DNA of 64,000 nt from Lingula anatina (Eukaryota > Animalia > Brachiopoda). Position numbers and translations under genes: made by a program. Within the stretch, counting starts at the first letter, position 1. Each line of letters begins with the position of its first letter. The DNA lies in assembly GCA_051362555.1 (NCBI GenBank), contig CM120640.1, forward strand, positions 41,332,788 to 41,396,787, in the 5' to 3' direction. The notes beneath the pieces are model-generated. The model was not told where the DNA came from and ran no database searches. It saw only the letters and a program-made list of their open reading frames with translations. This document shows, in pieces, positions 48,401-63,400 of this stretch.

Positions 48401-51400
48401 ACAAAATATTCAAGAGAATTTCATGTGGAATGGGAGTGTAGGGAAATGCAATTGCGGCAATCGATGGTGACGACGGTCAGGCAAATGTAACTACTTCTTT
48501 TATATAAACTGCAAAAGTTATATAAACTGCAAAAGCCGGTGACAGTGTTTCGCGTGGTAAAGCAGAGTGCATCATGAAATTGACAAGCTCTGTGATAAAC
48601 ATCGATGTATTACCTCCACTGCGGGGAGAATTCCTTTTGATTCTCAAGATGCTTCGTTTTATGCCAATTTGAGCAGCACAAGTTACATTATCTGCTCGCA
48701 TATCGCCACACGTAATTCAGCAGAGCGATCTGGCTCGTGCTCTCCTTACGATAAGATACGATAAGAAAAGTAATTAATTGCAGCCTCCATCTTACAAATC
48801 TACACAGATAGCTGTCGTGTGTGAAGAGTTCCAGCTCATTGGACGGTGTCCAGCCGGAACAGTGTCATCTTAACCCAATACAAACAATTTTCGTCCGGAG
48901 ATACACGTTATAATGTGCGAAAATTTAAATACAAAAACAAGAATTGTATAAGAAAGGGACACATTTTAGAGGCAAAGAGAAAGCGTTTATTTGCGTTCGG
49001 TCTGTCTTCGTGCGGAGGATATTTTTTACAAGCAGTCGAATTGATGACTGACTCAGAGCTGATTTTTTTTCTTGGATAATCAATTGTTTCTGACATCACG
49101 TCATGACGGATGAGAGGGTATGTCGGATTGTAAAAAAGCACACAGTTCGCAAACAACTGCAGTCTACATAAATGGTTTTTTTACAAAGGAGATTTTCATG
49201 TATCTGGACTATAGAAGCAAATCGTGTAAAGTACTCAGTTCTATATGTTTAGATCGCACGCCTCGTAACCCCAGTAAAGGGCATGCAGAGGAACAGGATA
49301 ATTAACTAAGGAACTTTGGTTATCATGAGAGAAAATTTTCAAAATCATCTCGACATATTTGCCGCAGATTCTGGAGATTTCTCCTGTAATTAACACATTA
49401 ATGATAAGAAGAGCAGGTGCTTTTTTATGCTTCTCTTCTGAGGCAAAGAGCTTTTCACAACAACGGTTCTTCCTGCAGTTGCGTTTTATGCTTTCCCCGC
49501 AGATGATGTTTTCACACTGCATCTTTCCACGCATGCAACCAAGCGTTCCAGAGACAATTAACGTCGGTGACTGCGTTTCTAGAATAAAGAAATTTCCCTG
49601 AACTTTATCTGGCGTGTCCACTGTCATCATGTGCTACCGCAGTTACATGTGCAGCGTGTTCATCTTCGGTAATATTCGATATCCGGCCTATAGATTTTGT
49701 TAAGATTTGACAGGGATTAGGAAGATGAAAGATCAACATAAAGGAGAAACGATGGGATATCCTTTATATAATTAGATATTTAATTAAAATAACAAACTCT
49801 ACAGTTTTTTTAGCTTAATCGTTCGATTTTTACATTTTTCTAAGGCATAAGCGATTTATCTCCGGATATAGAATGAAAACAATCGCGCAGCCCAGTTGAT
49901 GAAATTATTTTCAATTTCTACAGACATCTGTGTAATTTGGGGGTCCATTCTAAATTCTCACTTCACTGACGTTAATGTCTTCAGCTTCAGTTAGACTATT
50001 TTCAGCATACTTAACAAATGTTGGTTTTCAAATATCGACTAGTAATGCCCGCATGGTAGACATGCCACTGTTGGACTCTCTTCGTGCAACCAGCAAAAAG
50101 TTACATTCTGCTTGGGTTGGAATATTAATTTTTTCGTAACCTCTAAATTTTTATTCATTTGTTTTTAGTATCTTGTGTGTGTATTGACCAAGGAAAGGTT
50201 ATATAGCTGTGCAAAATATTTTAAATTGTAGATAAGTATGGATAATAAGATTCTACTCCTTCGAAAAAGATAATAATGAATAAATAAATAAATATATAAA
50301 TAAAATTAACACTCCGCAACCATTCTTCAAATAAAGTAAGAATGAATTCCATTCACTTTAACTAAACATTTTTTCGTATTATCTTTGCTCCTCAGGGCTA
50401 TATATGAAAATTAGAGTCCTGCTGTTGGCTAAAGACACGCCCTCGTCCAATTTATACAAAGTGAAAAAATAGGAAAAAATACCGCGTGGCCTGGGATTTT
50501 CTTAGTGTAGATTTCGGATGATAATTATTGTGTGAATGTCTGGAAATTTGAGTTAAGCGGTTGAGTTACATCAAATCGATTGGTACTGCACTGGTCTTTG
50601 ATCGGCAGCATTGATAAACTGGCAGTGAACCGGTATCGATCGCCGTACGCACCTGCCCCAGGTCAGTGAAGCCCGCGGGCTGTTTGGATAAAAAGAACGG
50701 CCGCCTCGTTGGTCACCTACCTCTACTTGGGTGCAAGAAAACAAATCCACAGCTATTTTAAACAATGGGAAAAACACCAGAAAAGAAATCCGCGGGTCAT
50801 AGTGTGCGGTTCAAAAAGAAATCCTTTATAAAACGCTATTTTAAGTTGGCCTCCCGTCGACCTGTTTTGTTTAGCAATAATATTTTATATAAAAACGTAA
50901 CCTATACACTTGGCCTCATAGTGCACTTGATTTCACGATTTGGAGATTATTAAAGCGACTGTTTCATCTGGAACTGTTTGTCTGGGGGCTAATGCTGGAA
51001 AAGAATTGTTGTCAATTCATATTGCGAATTTTCTTTGTGAAGCAGAATATAAAAAAAGATTGCGGATTTTGAAAAATCAATACAATTTTTCGGGTTCACG
51101 TGCAGCGGTAAACATCGCAGACGATACTTTTCCAAATTGCGCAAATAGCGTGATGGTGCATCTTATTTTAGAAACGCGCTGGAGCCAAAAATTTGTTAGG
51201 CAATCGTAACCTCTGGTAGGAGGTGTGGTTGTGAAATTACCCTCTTATTATGTGAACGATTGCAACTAATACGGACGCTGAAGAAGGGCCCCGCCCGAGG
51301 GGAGGCTAACGGGGGTTGATGGACAGGGCTTTCATTCAAGAAATATTTTCTCATGCAATTATCAGCTGTTATGGCTCGCACCTTTTCCCTGTAGCATCGC

Positions 51401-54400
51401 TGAATACCACGCACTTACTTCTTTACCAAGGTCCCAGGACGCACAGAGAGGGGCGGACGCCGATACAAAATTACGGGGTGTTGCAGGGATGTAATAGATG
51501 TAATCATGAGGGGGAGGAGCAATAAGCTAAAGTGTAATGTCAAATTGGTCAGATTTTCCTGCACAGTGATTTGGATAAAAGTCTTTGTCGCCTTTTAAAG
51601 ACGGTCACACTTTTTGTCTTGCACGACATCCCAAACATTTATAATTCAATTTCTTGTTGAAGGCTTGCCTGGTCGCTTCGTGATATCGTCATCAACATAA
51701 ATTTATGGTTGAAATATTGTGCACAGCCCACAGAGCAGTTGACAGAAAGTGAGTGGAAATCTAACAGGATAACAATGCTGAATTCAAACATTTCGTGGGC
51801 TCTGTATTATGCATATTTGACGTGTATTTATTTACTTTAAATCCCTACAACAACTGAAAACAAATTCAAACCCAACCGACACCTTATTGGCGTTACTGCA
51901 AGCAATAAGAGAATACATTTCCCTTCCCATTGTGGTGTCCCGCATATTAAACGCAACACGCCATCTTATCAGTGTAAGATTTCTTAGCAAATATACTCTG
52001 GAAAATCAGGACCGTTGCAACCTCCCCGCCTCTGTCACAAAATCACCGAGTCCCCCACGTGAACAATTGCAACATACAACTTGATTTGTTGAAGAAAATG
52101 AAAAGCAACTAGACGGCTATTTGCTTTACCTTCAAGCTATAAGGGTGTTCTGTGCCAGATATACGTTGGGTCTGTTTACAGCAAAATTCCTACCTTTCTC
52201 AAAAAGGATGAAATGTTTACAACGCGTAGGGAAAAAATAACGAAACAGTGAAAAGAAACGGCGTCATGTAAACTACATCACAAAATATTTCTTTCGACGG
52301 AATTTTCACATTGTGGAAATCAATTATTTCCAGATTTGGTCTGGTTTTTGGTCTTTCTGCGAGCCGCCGTCGCGTCTTAAGTCAAGAAAGTCGCCTTTTA
52401 GCGTGACATGTGGCGTCTCAATGTGAGAGAAATTCATAATTTTCCAAGAAACAATAATTAAGGTGCACCCTCACGTGCTGCGGGAGTTGACGAAATTGCA
52501 GACGCACGCTTCTGAATTGATTACGGGTTCCCTGACCCTGCCGGTGTGGGTCACAGCGTCACGTAAACACTGCCCACCAACAACGATACCGAATACAGGA
52601 CTTGTCAAATCTTCAATTTTATTTAATCTTTTATATGAAAGGTTATACAAAGTTTGGCGTTCAAAAAAAATTGGGTTAAGTTCTTATGCATACTTACCGA
52701 GGCGAAAGGCAATGACGTTTTACGGAAAAAATAACATGTAGATTTTATACTGTTTGAACTTCTACAAAAAGATTTGTATAAAATCAAACCGCTTAAAAAT
52801 ATTTTCATAAAAATTAAAAACCTTTATATTATTATGAAATATTTTTCAAAAAGGATTTACTCTTTATTTAATATAATTAATTGTACGGCGCTGTGATTGC
52901 AGTAATGGAAACAGTATTTTATATAAATGAATGTAATCAAAATCAAAATATTTAAACGCGGTATATCCATTAAAAAAAATTTAGGCCCCCCGCTTCCACT
53001 ACCAGTACGAAGAGTTGGTCCTCCCCGCAAGTACCGAGGCGTGGCAGGTACGGGCGGTACAGACATCATTAAGGAATAAAATGAGCTGTTTAACAACACA
53101 TAGGGAAACGAGACCAGGCGTAAGCACGGGTAAATTATTTTCGATTATGCGAAATTTGTTTCAAATTTGATCCTACAAGGGCTTGATGATTTTAGATCGT
53201 CTAAATCATTAATCTATGTCAGGTACAAACAACCCGAGCCAGTGGATTGTCAATAGTGAACCCCAGTTGAAAAGTAACGGTTCAGGTAATTACAAAAATG
53301 ACGAACAATTTAAAAGACATAACTAGGCTTGAATTACTGAAGTTCAAACGCTGTGTTTTCAATGGCGAAGAATGTTGTATTCAGGTCGCTGGCTCGTCAC
53401 CAGTTGGTATCAGTGAACCCTTCTTTAACGCCCTGTTGCAGCGACCGCTCTAAACACGCCGCCCGGACAATACGATGCGGCTCTCGGGGAGCGAGTGGTA
53501 CACATTCACAATTTACCTCTTATATCAAAGAGAGTTTCTTTAAGATACACGATCTTGTGCAGTGACGCGTTACATCAGGTTTGTTCGCGCATTTTGTGTC
53601 GTCTCTGCAATTGAATGCTATAAAAACGCTGAAAATAAAGAAATAAAGAAATCCCTCCCCATATTATTTAAGTGTTTAGATAAGGGATGAATCCACTTCA
53701 CTGCATGTTTAGAAGCTAACCAAGCTGAAAGCGGCTTAAGTTAATTGTATTAACGCGACGTGCACAGCAATACCTGACAGTCGCGTTACTTTCGCATCTT
53801 TGCATCTCTTTGTCAAATTTTCATCTGTATCCAAACAGTGTGGACAGAATATGAATACCAAATCGCTCTTGACTTCTCGCCTAGTGTTCAGACAGAAAAA
53901 AAAGAGACGCACATCAAAGATCAGCGCCGCAGTTTAGATATTCAAAACATTTCTGAACAGTATCATCATTCCAGACAAACATTTCTCTCAAAAATACGCT
54001 GAAAATCGTGACACATCTTGGGTGTCCTTGTAGCTTGAATCCCCGGCTTCACATTCCACCCATTCCAGTTTGACGAGTTGACAATACCACTGATAACATT
54101 GTGGGAATTTGCGTCACTTTCACTGCGAGTATATTACGTGCCCTTTTCGCTTTTCCTTTCACCGAGGATTAGAAAATTTCCAGAAAATCGCTCATTGAGA
54201 AAGGGTGGTTTGAAAGGAACTCACTGGCAAAGCTGACTTGAAACTATTTGTCGGCCCTAACAAAGTTCGGCCCTTTCATCAATCAGTCTGCTTATCACGT
54301 CGCCGTCGTCTACCCGCTTATAAATAATAATTATTAGTTTTTACAATTTGTCAACATAAATCAACAAAGAAATCAAAGAAGATTTCTGGTTGCGTAGAAA

Positions 54401-57400
54401 ACGACTAGTGAATTTTAAAAGGCTATAGATAGTCCCCTATTATAGACACGGGGCTAATTCCATTGTATCAAAATATAGCGGCATTCATTATTGATAATTC
54501 TTATTCGACTTGAATCTTTCATATCTGAATTATTAAAACCCAATAACTGTGAACGAAACATCCTGTCCGAGATTCAACTTTGGACGGGGCGTCCTACTTT
54601 CAAAATTTTATATTTAAAACGTTTGGATACTGTGTTCTGAATGAATGAATAAGAAGCTGACATTGGACACTAAGGAAAATGTATCGATGTACCGAAATCC
54701 GTTTTTCTTAGTAAATCTCGCCCATAAGAAATTTTCTTCTCCGCCTTCTTTCGTAATTTTTCTATTAGCGGATGACAAAACGGCTTATTATAATACAATG
54801 ATGTCTTCCCCATTATTTTGACTTCCTAGCCAAGTTCCGTGCCTTTTTGTCAATTCGAAACCATCTTTTGGGTAAACCCTATAATTATTTATTCGCGTCC
54901 CCTCGTTGCTTCCTAATTTCGCTTAAATGTGGGGTCCTTCAATACCCGTAACACAAACGACGCAACTATACGTGGGGTTTGTGAGGGAACAATCGTCCGG
55001 ATATTTTCCCTTCTGTTGGAAAGACTAGATGTTTTGTGGTTGGGTAGGTCCTGTTTTCATCTTTGGTTAGAGCATTATTTGGGGATGAGCTAGTATTTCA
55101 TTAGAACTATTATACAATCAACGGCGGGACAATGGCCACTACACCTGTGAGTGTCGAGTGAAGGTGACAAACAACAGGAGCCAAGCTACAGGGGGACTAC
55201 AAGAACTGTAACACACGTGACAAGTGACTCAGATGTTTAATAAAACGAAATGAATATTTAATGAAATATTGTCCTAATTTGCAGTCTTATTTTCTATATT
55301 AATTTTCACTTGTGATTTTTTTTTAACAAATTCGTGTTATTTTTCAAATAAAAATTATTTTGAACTTTTAAGACAGCGAAACTAATTTATTTGAAATGAT
55401 AAATAACACACTCTGGCGGATAACGTTGAGTTAGCAAAATAACATCAACAAAGATGTGCAAATTTCAAGCAAGATGAAAATCTCAAAAATTTCAATTTCC
55501 TTCATTAAATGCGTGTCCACAAACTTTTCATTTCATTATGGCAGTGTCCGTGCTGCGGTCCAAATGCTTTCATTTCAATAGATTGTTTGTGCGGTTGTCT
55601 CTTCCGCCCTAAGTGTGGTCCATCACTCCCATTGCAAGCCACCTGAAACCCGAGCCACCTTTTATCTCAATGACAGCGCGTCTTCCTTTCCTCTCGAGTT
55701 TCTTTGTCAGGAGAGCCAGCGCGTTCAATGGGGGACTGCTGTCAGACGCGCTCACAGGGGAGGGCCATACAACCGGCGTCTTCACTGGTGGGAGGGACAG
55801 GGGCGGACGAAACATTTACCACAAAAAAATTTCTAAATTCAAGAATTATTTTTTATCATCCAGCAATATACATTTCTTCGTCATTTTAGCTGTCCCATTA
55901 GCGAAGTGCACGGCGTCTGCCGGCAGCCAGCGCGTCTCCTGTGACAGTGTCCGATGGAACACCAACAGTCTGCCAGCGTACCATGAGGTCTATTCATGGC
56001 CCATCAGAACGGCACAGTTCGCTGCGCCCCAGTCACAGGCGGCGTGGCGGAAAGCCATTCATCCCACATCTCCATGCCCAAGCATATATTTTATTGACTG
56101 CAACTCTTTGGACGAGTCTATAAAGAAGGCTAAAAACCTATGAAAGTGACACTAGGTTGATCTATGCCTAAAAAGGAGCCACATTTGTTATCCTAATGAC
56201 TGGTTACTGCTAGTTCATGACGGAGCCGGAAAGTAAATCAAAGCGAATCTTGTTTGCTTATTGTCATTTTTTGACGTGCCGGACCTTTGAGTCTCAGATC
56301 TCCGCAATGTTAGCACGCAGGAAGGTGGGCGCACACAAGCAACCCAAACACTTCACTCTACAATGGGCAACTATCACCCTATGAAATTTGTTGTTACAAT
56401 AGCCCTTTCAGTGGCATATTAAAACGCAACCATCTATCTTAACCACAGTGGGGCAAGACCCGTACCTGCCGCAGAATTAAGCACATACCACATATTTCAT
56501 TTTTAAAAAATATCTTTTAATCCCCATAAAACTTGACGGGAAACGGTCAAGGTTAAAAACCATTTCTCTATTCACTGCAGAATGATATCAAGTTATTATA
56601 AGACACACATGGGAACCCATGTGCCAAAAGACAAACCTTTTTTTAACTGTACTATTCCATTGACATAGTAAATATATTATTTATTTTTCTAATTTCATTT
56701 TTCCATTAGAATACAATAATAACAAAAAGCGAATCTTGATAATATCATATCCTTATTATACAGAATTTAAATAGGGATATGTACTATGAACGAAATAGTA
56801 CTATTTCCCATTCATATGTCAAATCAATGTCTTCTCTCACATCTTCCACTGACGTCTTTCTTCCCTGACACAGTGGTGGACATCTCAAATAATTTCTAAT
56901 CTGACACTCCAAAGCCACTTCAATTCCTGCCACCATGGGAAACTTCTTACTTTCCTGAAATATTGTGAGAAAATGTTGTCAAACAAAAAACGACTGAAAT
57001 TAGTTTCTGTCAATCCTTAGCTCTTTAATCTTAAAAAAATTTAATTATGAACCATATACAAATTCCAAAGAAAATCTAACAACATTCTCTACTGTATATT
57101 ACTTTTTATAACATAATATTCACAAAAAAACAAAAACTTAAATATTTTTCCAAAAAGATCAAAATTTTGATAGTCAAATAGTAGTAGTAAAGTATATGAC
57201 TTATAGGATGCACCTTCTTTCAGAAAAAATCATAATAATTATAAATTAAATAAAATTGGATTAAATGAAATTTCTGGGTATAACATTCATTAAACAATGT
57301 TCATTTCAGAACCTATGGCAATAAATGATTCTTCCTAATGATATTTTTGCACCAACAGATTCTGATATAGTTTTTTGGAATTAATTTTAAAAATTTCCTG

Positions 57401-60400
57401 AGATCATTGCACAATTCTTAATGCAGTCATATGCAAAAACTCATTTCAATCATTTTATCAGACATGTAACAAACAGCCTGGTCTTCAAGTTGAAAAGTTC
57501 ACCATATTCATTTCATAATCTGGGTGATCGTATTCAATTTTTCCTTCAGTAGTTCAGTGGACTGTGCATCAGGAAATCATCCCAATACCTTTGTGGATAT
57601 TATCCAAATAAAAACCCACAGAGGTAGGACACATAGAGACTGCCGGATAATACCGCAGTTTTCCCATGGGCGGCAAGATCTGTTATAAAGCCTCCTCCCA
57701 ACAGCTGACTGTGGCACGAGGCACAGTTTATGATACAGACTGCTTCATTTCACATATTTCGATCGCATAATCTTCATGTGGACCAATTCACAAAACTACA
57801 ATTCTTACAAGCAAGTTAAAAAGTTTCCATCAATGCAAACAGCCAATGAAAACAAATGTTGGGGTTGTTCTTTACACTAGGAGTAATAAATGCTATTTCA
57901 CAAAGGGCTGCGATTTAATGCCGCAATAGACAAGGACAGATTTAAAATGACGCAAATATTTAGAAATGTTTATGTTTTGTTAACCTTTTTCAGTTAGGTG
58001 GCTTTATAATAACACCATAAACAGCTTAAAAATCAAACAGCAGTTATGATAAGAAGGAAATTAAAGGTGCTAGAAAGCTATAGCAGACAAGAGAATGAAG
58101 GAAATATGAATATGAAATCAGACCTCTGTAGGTGACCTTACAAATACTGCTACGTCAGCCAATACATAGGATCAATGCAGTAGCTGTCTTTGGAAAGAGT
58201 GCAGTCAAAATGCAGGCTATGTGAACAAATGTAACAAAGCAGTGAGGAGTGAGGCGGTAGCATTTCAGCTCCGACATGCACCTGCCAAATTGGACAGGCA
58301 AGACCTTGAAAATAAAGAAAAGAATCTAGAGGACGAAATATGAATAATGATTAAAACTGAAAGAAAAAGGAAAAAAAATTCTTGTAGCAAACAGGGTGGA
58401 CGAACAAAACTGAGCCACAAAAATGTAAAGGGGAAAATAAGGTTTCTTACCCTTAATATTCTTATTTTCCCATTATGAAGTAATATACTGCATTTGAGAG
58501 GTAGTTTCAGGCAGTGTTATACTGGTGTGAAGACATGGTCCTTTTAAACCACTAATCCGCTAGATTTATCATGCCCAATTCCCTTTGCCTGTGTTAGTTT
58601 ATTATCATGTGCGTGCATTATGATTTGAATACAGGTGAATAGAATTGGACCACATGCAAAAGGGCACAGCCAAGTGAAAATAATACAAATAAACCCACAG
58701 AATAAAATGTTCTGGCGGTACCCCCACCCTGGCGCCAGGTCTAAATTCAGGTGTGAGGGCCAACTGAGGGGAGATACACAAGAAATAGGGGTGCTCTCAT
58801 ATCTCTTGTTACAATTAGCTGAACAGATTTCCTTTGATGTTCAAGAAAACTACAGCTACGACCTGATCCCATCTGTTCATCTAAATATCGCTTCTCAGGG
58901 AACTGGTAATAAAAGTTACAAAACAAGTGTCACCGTTTACATGAACTGGAAGTCAGACACAAAATAGAAACTGGTTATATTAGCTTTTTCAAAGGGCAAA
59001 GTTCCTGAGAAAATAGGTAGTGATACTAAAAAAACCTTTAGAACTACTTTTACATTATTGGAGTCCCACTATTATATTCCCTGCAAACACAGTGTGTACA
59101 CTTGTGTAACAAACACTGCTCAGGAAGCCTCACAACCCAGTAAAAGCTCAGAGTTTGGTGAAAGGATCAGAGGCAGACTCCCAATATTTGACATCTCATA
59201 AGGTTACTCTTTGTTCACGCTTTTCAGTGAAGAAATCGGTGACCACTGAACCCGTCTTGTATACAGTAAGCAATAAGACACTTTGAAGTTGGAATTGCCG
59301 AGTCAACAGTCGGCTCTGGAGGGTTTACCAAGCACCTGTGTGCTTTAGACCAACTTCTGGAGTAAGGAGAATAACCCTTGACTTTTTACCTTGAGAAATA
59401 TTGTTTTGCCCACCTATTATATTCTGAAAACATGTATTCTGAAAATTAATTGCCAGTTTTGCAAAGATTTACAATATTATGATACACGTATAACTGAAAA
59501 TGTTAATTTCCATCTGATTAGAAAAACTATACCATTTGATTTTTTTCTCACCTTGCTTTTTCTAGTTGTTTTAATGTGCACTAGCACAAGGTATTGAACC
59601 AAAACTGTATAACCTAACAGCTTTGCATGCAATGCAAATAAAATATTATCTAAATTCTAATTTACTATCTAATTTATTATATGGGAAATACATTAAAAGA
59701 AGTCATAATTTTTGTAAAGTTGTATTCATTTCTTTACTAGGACAATAACAAAAATACAGATTAAAAATCATAAATATAACAGACAAGTCAGAGTTGGCTC
59801 CCCAACCAAACAAAAAGAGCTATAACCATATTTTCATATCACCAAATATGTCATCTGGCATAAATAAGCCAAAATGACAAATAGTTCTTTTCACAAATCT
59901 TTCTTTAAATGCAGCACAGTCGTGAGGTGCCCACAGGTAAACATACACCCGCCAGCTGTTCCCTTTTGTTCCAACAACTAATAACCAACCAGCAAGCTTA
60001 GGCATGGCTTTGTGCCTGCAATCTGGTACTTCATGGCCAACCAAGATATTTCTTTGAAAAAAAAAATATTCAGCAATAACCAGCGATAACAATCAAACCT
60101 TAAATTGTATTTTCATTAAGATGACTGTAAAAAAAATGCATTCAAAGGTTTACATTTTTTTATCATCAAAATTATGATTCATCTCATTGGCTAAGTGCAT
60201 TTATCTTGATATGAAGTTCAATTTTATGATACAATATTTGGCTTAACTTGAATGATGGCAAAAATGTCTTTGAAATAAACTAATTTGGTTACTTTGATTT
60301 AGGAAATTAGTACATTGGCTGAACCCTGAACACAAGTTTAATTTTACACTGCACTGTTATAAGAAATACATACTATGCCACTTTAAGCCTTCTTATTACT

Positions 60401-63400
60401 TTAAATGACATAGCTTCCCTTCAATTATTATTTTCATCATATTTTTCAACTCAAATCCTGTTTCTATTTTTAAAACTTATTCCTTTATAAACTAATACCC
60501 CCTGAAAATAAAGATTTGATTTTCCTCCCTACTTTGATACTCTATGCCAGCTTAAGATACAAAAACATGATAAGTTCCCTGAAATGTGCACCAACAACAG
60601 AACAACACCTAAATATTTTATCATTCTTTCTTCTCACCTTTCTGATTTGAGGTGAAGATTTCAAACTAATATAAATCTGCTCAAGTCACTGGAGAGCTCC
60701 AATGCCCTATATCTCCAATCTGGCTGGACAAAAGTTTAATTATCATTTCAGAAGTGCAGCAAGCCGCATGCCACCTGCTATCACTTTCTGGGCACTGTAA
60801 TTATCTTGTAAGGCTCAGGGATAAAGCAAGATAACAGTATAATTACTTTGAAAAACTATCCGTATTCAGCGGGATTAATCCGAGGACAATATAGGACTAA
60901 TACCACAGTTATGTTAGAACATTGGGTAATGCTGGAAAATGAGAACTAATGAGTGGACACAATACGTCCGATTTCCACAGCAATGCATTTCAGAGAATGT
61001 ATTTTGAAATGTTTTAAAACATTTGATATGTCTGTAGTAAGTATTGATCTGAACAAGTAAGATAACATTTTTCACTTTTTTTTGTCTAATTCTCATTTAA
61101 CATCATCATCTTAAAGAGGTAAAATTAATTTTTGAAAAAAAATGCATGTCAAACAGTCACTGTTTATCAACAAAAATGTATCCATAACTCATATTATGGG
61201 AGAGTTCAAAAAGATATAAAAAAAACACTTAGGCTCTTTGAGTCCATTTCTTTAGAAGTCTGCCTTTCTATTAAGTGGCCACTTTACTCTGACTGTCACA
61301 AAGCTACATTAGATATAACAAATTAATCCCAGTTTGTGAGCAAACAGACAGTTTTTCTTCTGCTTTATGCATGGGAGTGTCGCAGGAAACTGAGAACTTT
61401 TCCTTTAAACAGATTATTCAGTTTTCACTTTACTACCTTTATTGACATGCATTGTGAGTCTTTGTTGTGTAAGCTAACTATGTTAGGACCCATGTAAGTG
61501 AAGCTTGTGTAAATAAAAATGATCACAATTTTCCATTTAGTAATCTCTTCACCAGATCTGTGATGTAGTGAGTAAAACAACCATTGTTCTCACAGCTGGA
61601 TAAAAAGTGATCAAGGACCAAAATATTCATTGGATTATCTTGTCATCTGATGTCTCTTTGATCTTCTAATTATAGCCATCTTTATTTACTAAGTATTCCT
61701 TTTTTAATAGTACAATTATTTGTAGAAAAGGCAAGGCAATTTTTCCTAAATGACTTAATGGACTACAAAAAGGATCAATGATTCAAGATTTTGTAAAAAA
61801 AAAAAAAAATCATCAATGCCCTGACAAAAAAATCAAACTGAAGTCACATTAGGTTTGGTTTTAACAAAAAAATAATAGCTGCTGGCTATAACAAATAGAC
61901 ACATGACGGCAACCCCCCTACTTCACCAACTTTTTATTCCCTAGTTCCCAATTTCAGCAGTCAAGACAATGAGTGGTGGGTGGCATCGCCCAGGAGGGGT
62001 TCCAATCAAGTCTCTGCTTATGGGGGTTCAGGCCAGGGATTTTTTTTTCTATTTTGATTCATCTAAACAAATTTAGTGAAGCCAGCTTTGTCAATCTCCC
62101 TTTTCTCCAACATAACAGATGCCCCGCCTCCCAACTAAGCTACATAAGGGTGCTTGTATGGCAAGGAATTGCAAGTCAAATTGAGAGTTTACAACAGTGT
62201 AAAAAATTACTCAAGGTAAATGGACACATTTCCTGTTGAGTAGTTTCTTATTGAAAATAGCCTGGCATATAAATAGACGGGACATTCACCAGGGGCCTCC
62301 ACTGTAGTTTTCTGACCATCCCCCAAGGTGAACAACTTCACAAGCCACTGGTGACGGTAATCAAGACAGGCCATGCATGGGCAAGACAACTTGGGTTGAT
62401 TTCCAGTTGTCATGGCAACACTTTACCCTATGGTGAAACTGCCTGCTCATTTCACATTTTACATCCACATGGCTGAGTGTGAATATAGGCAGAAAGGGAA
62501 GTCCATATCCCGGACTCCGTTTTTTCCAGCACTTTTTCTTTACTTCATTTACTCCATGTTTCAAGGAAAAAAGTGTAATGACTGATATCTAACTGTTATG
62601 GTTTTGATTTAAAAACTCCAACATCTTTATATTTCAGAACATCCTTTTTACTTCCAGCAATTAATACTAAGAAGAAAACATAAAGGAATGAAAAAAGAAA
62701 TCTGGGAGAAAATTAGCAATATATATGATAATGAAATAATCTAGTTTGTAAAACATGGCATATTTTATTCACATGTTTGTCGCAGTTAGAAGTGTATATT
62801 AAATGGGCTGGTCTCTCAGGGGAGTGCGGTTCTATATTCAAACTGGATTATTAAGTTATCACTTTCTATTGATCATGTAAATACACAAGTTCGCTGGCTG
62901 TGATTTGAGTCTCATAACAAATCTTCCTGCACAATTCCCTGGGGGTTGCCTATTCTTTCTAGTAATAGCTAATGTATCTTGGGGCACTCAACTATGCAGT
63001 GTGCTCAGCATATGCCTTGTTGGAATTCATATTTATCGACAGTTTGTTTCAAGTAAGCTTAACATCAGATTATCTAGCAGTGCAGCAGCAGGGAGGGTAA
63101 TTACATGGCTGACTCTCAAATACTCAATTTTATCATTAATTTGCTAACTAGCATTCTTATCCAATAGAAGGGAAGTAGTACGAAAGCCATTCTGAGGGAA
63201 CATACAGTGCACCCGAGTTATCTGAGATGGAATAATCGTCCAATGAAATCAATACTAACTCTGCAGGTTTTCTCTGTGAGACGCATCCTTTGTGGTAATC
63301 CAATGAAAATCATCCTACTATTTGTGCAGGCCAACCCTTGGTGTCTTTACGCCTGATGAGCAATCAAAACACATCGTGGTTAAGAGCCAATGAAGCTTCC

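Noticed and set aside
55613-56143. Longest ORF in the track (176 aa)
   Set aside because: Non-ATG start, no recognisable domain, crosses AT-rich low-complexity sequence; likely a chance ORF in GC-rich regulatory DNA
59228-59265. Possible plus-strand exon (TTTTCAG ... GTAAGC)
   Set aside because: Isolated, no recognisable peptide or neighbouring exons
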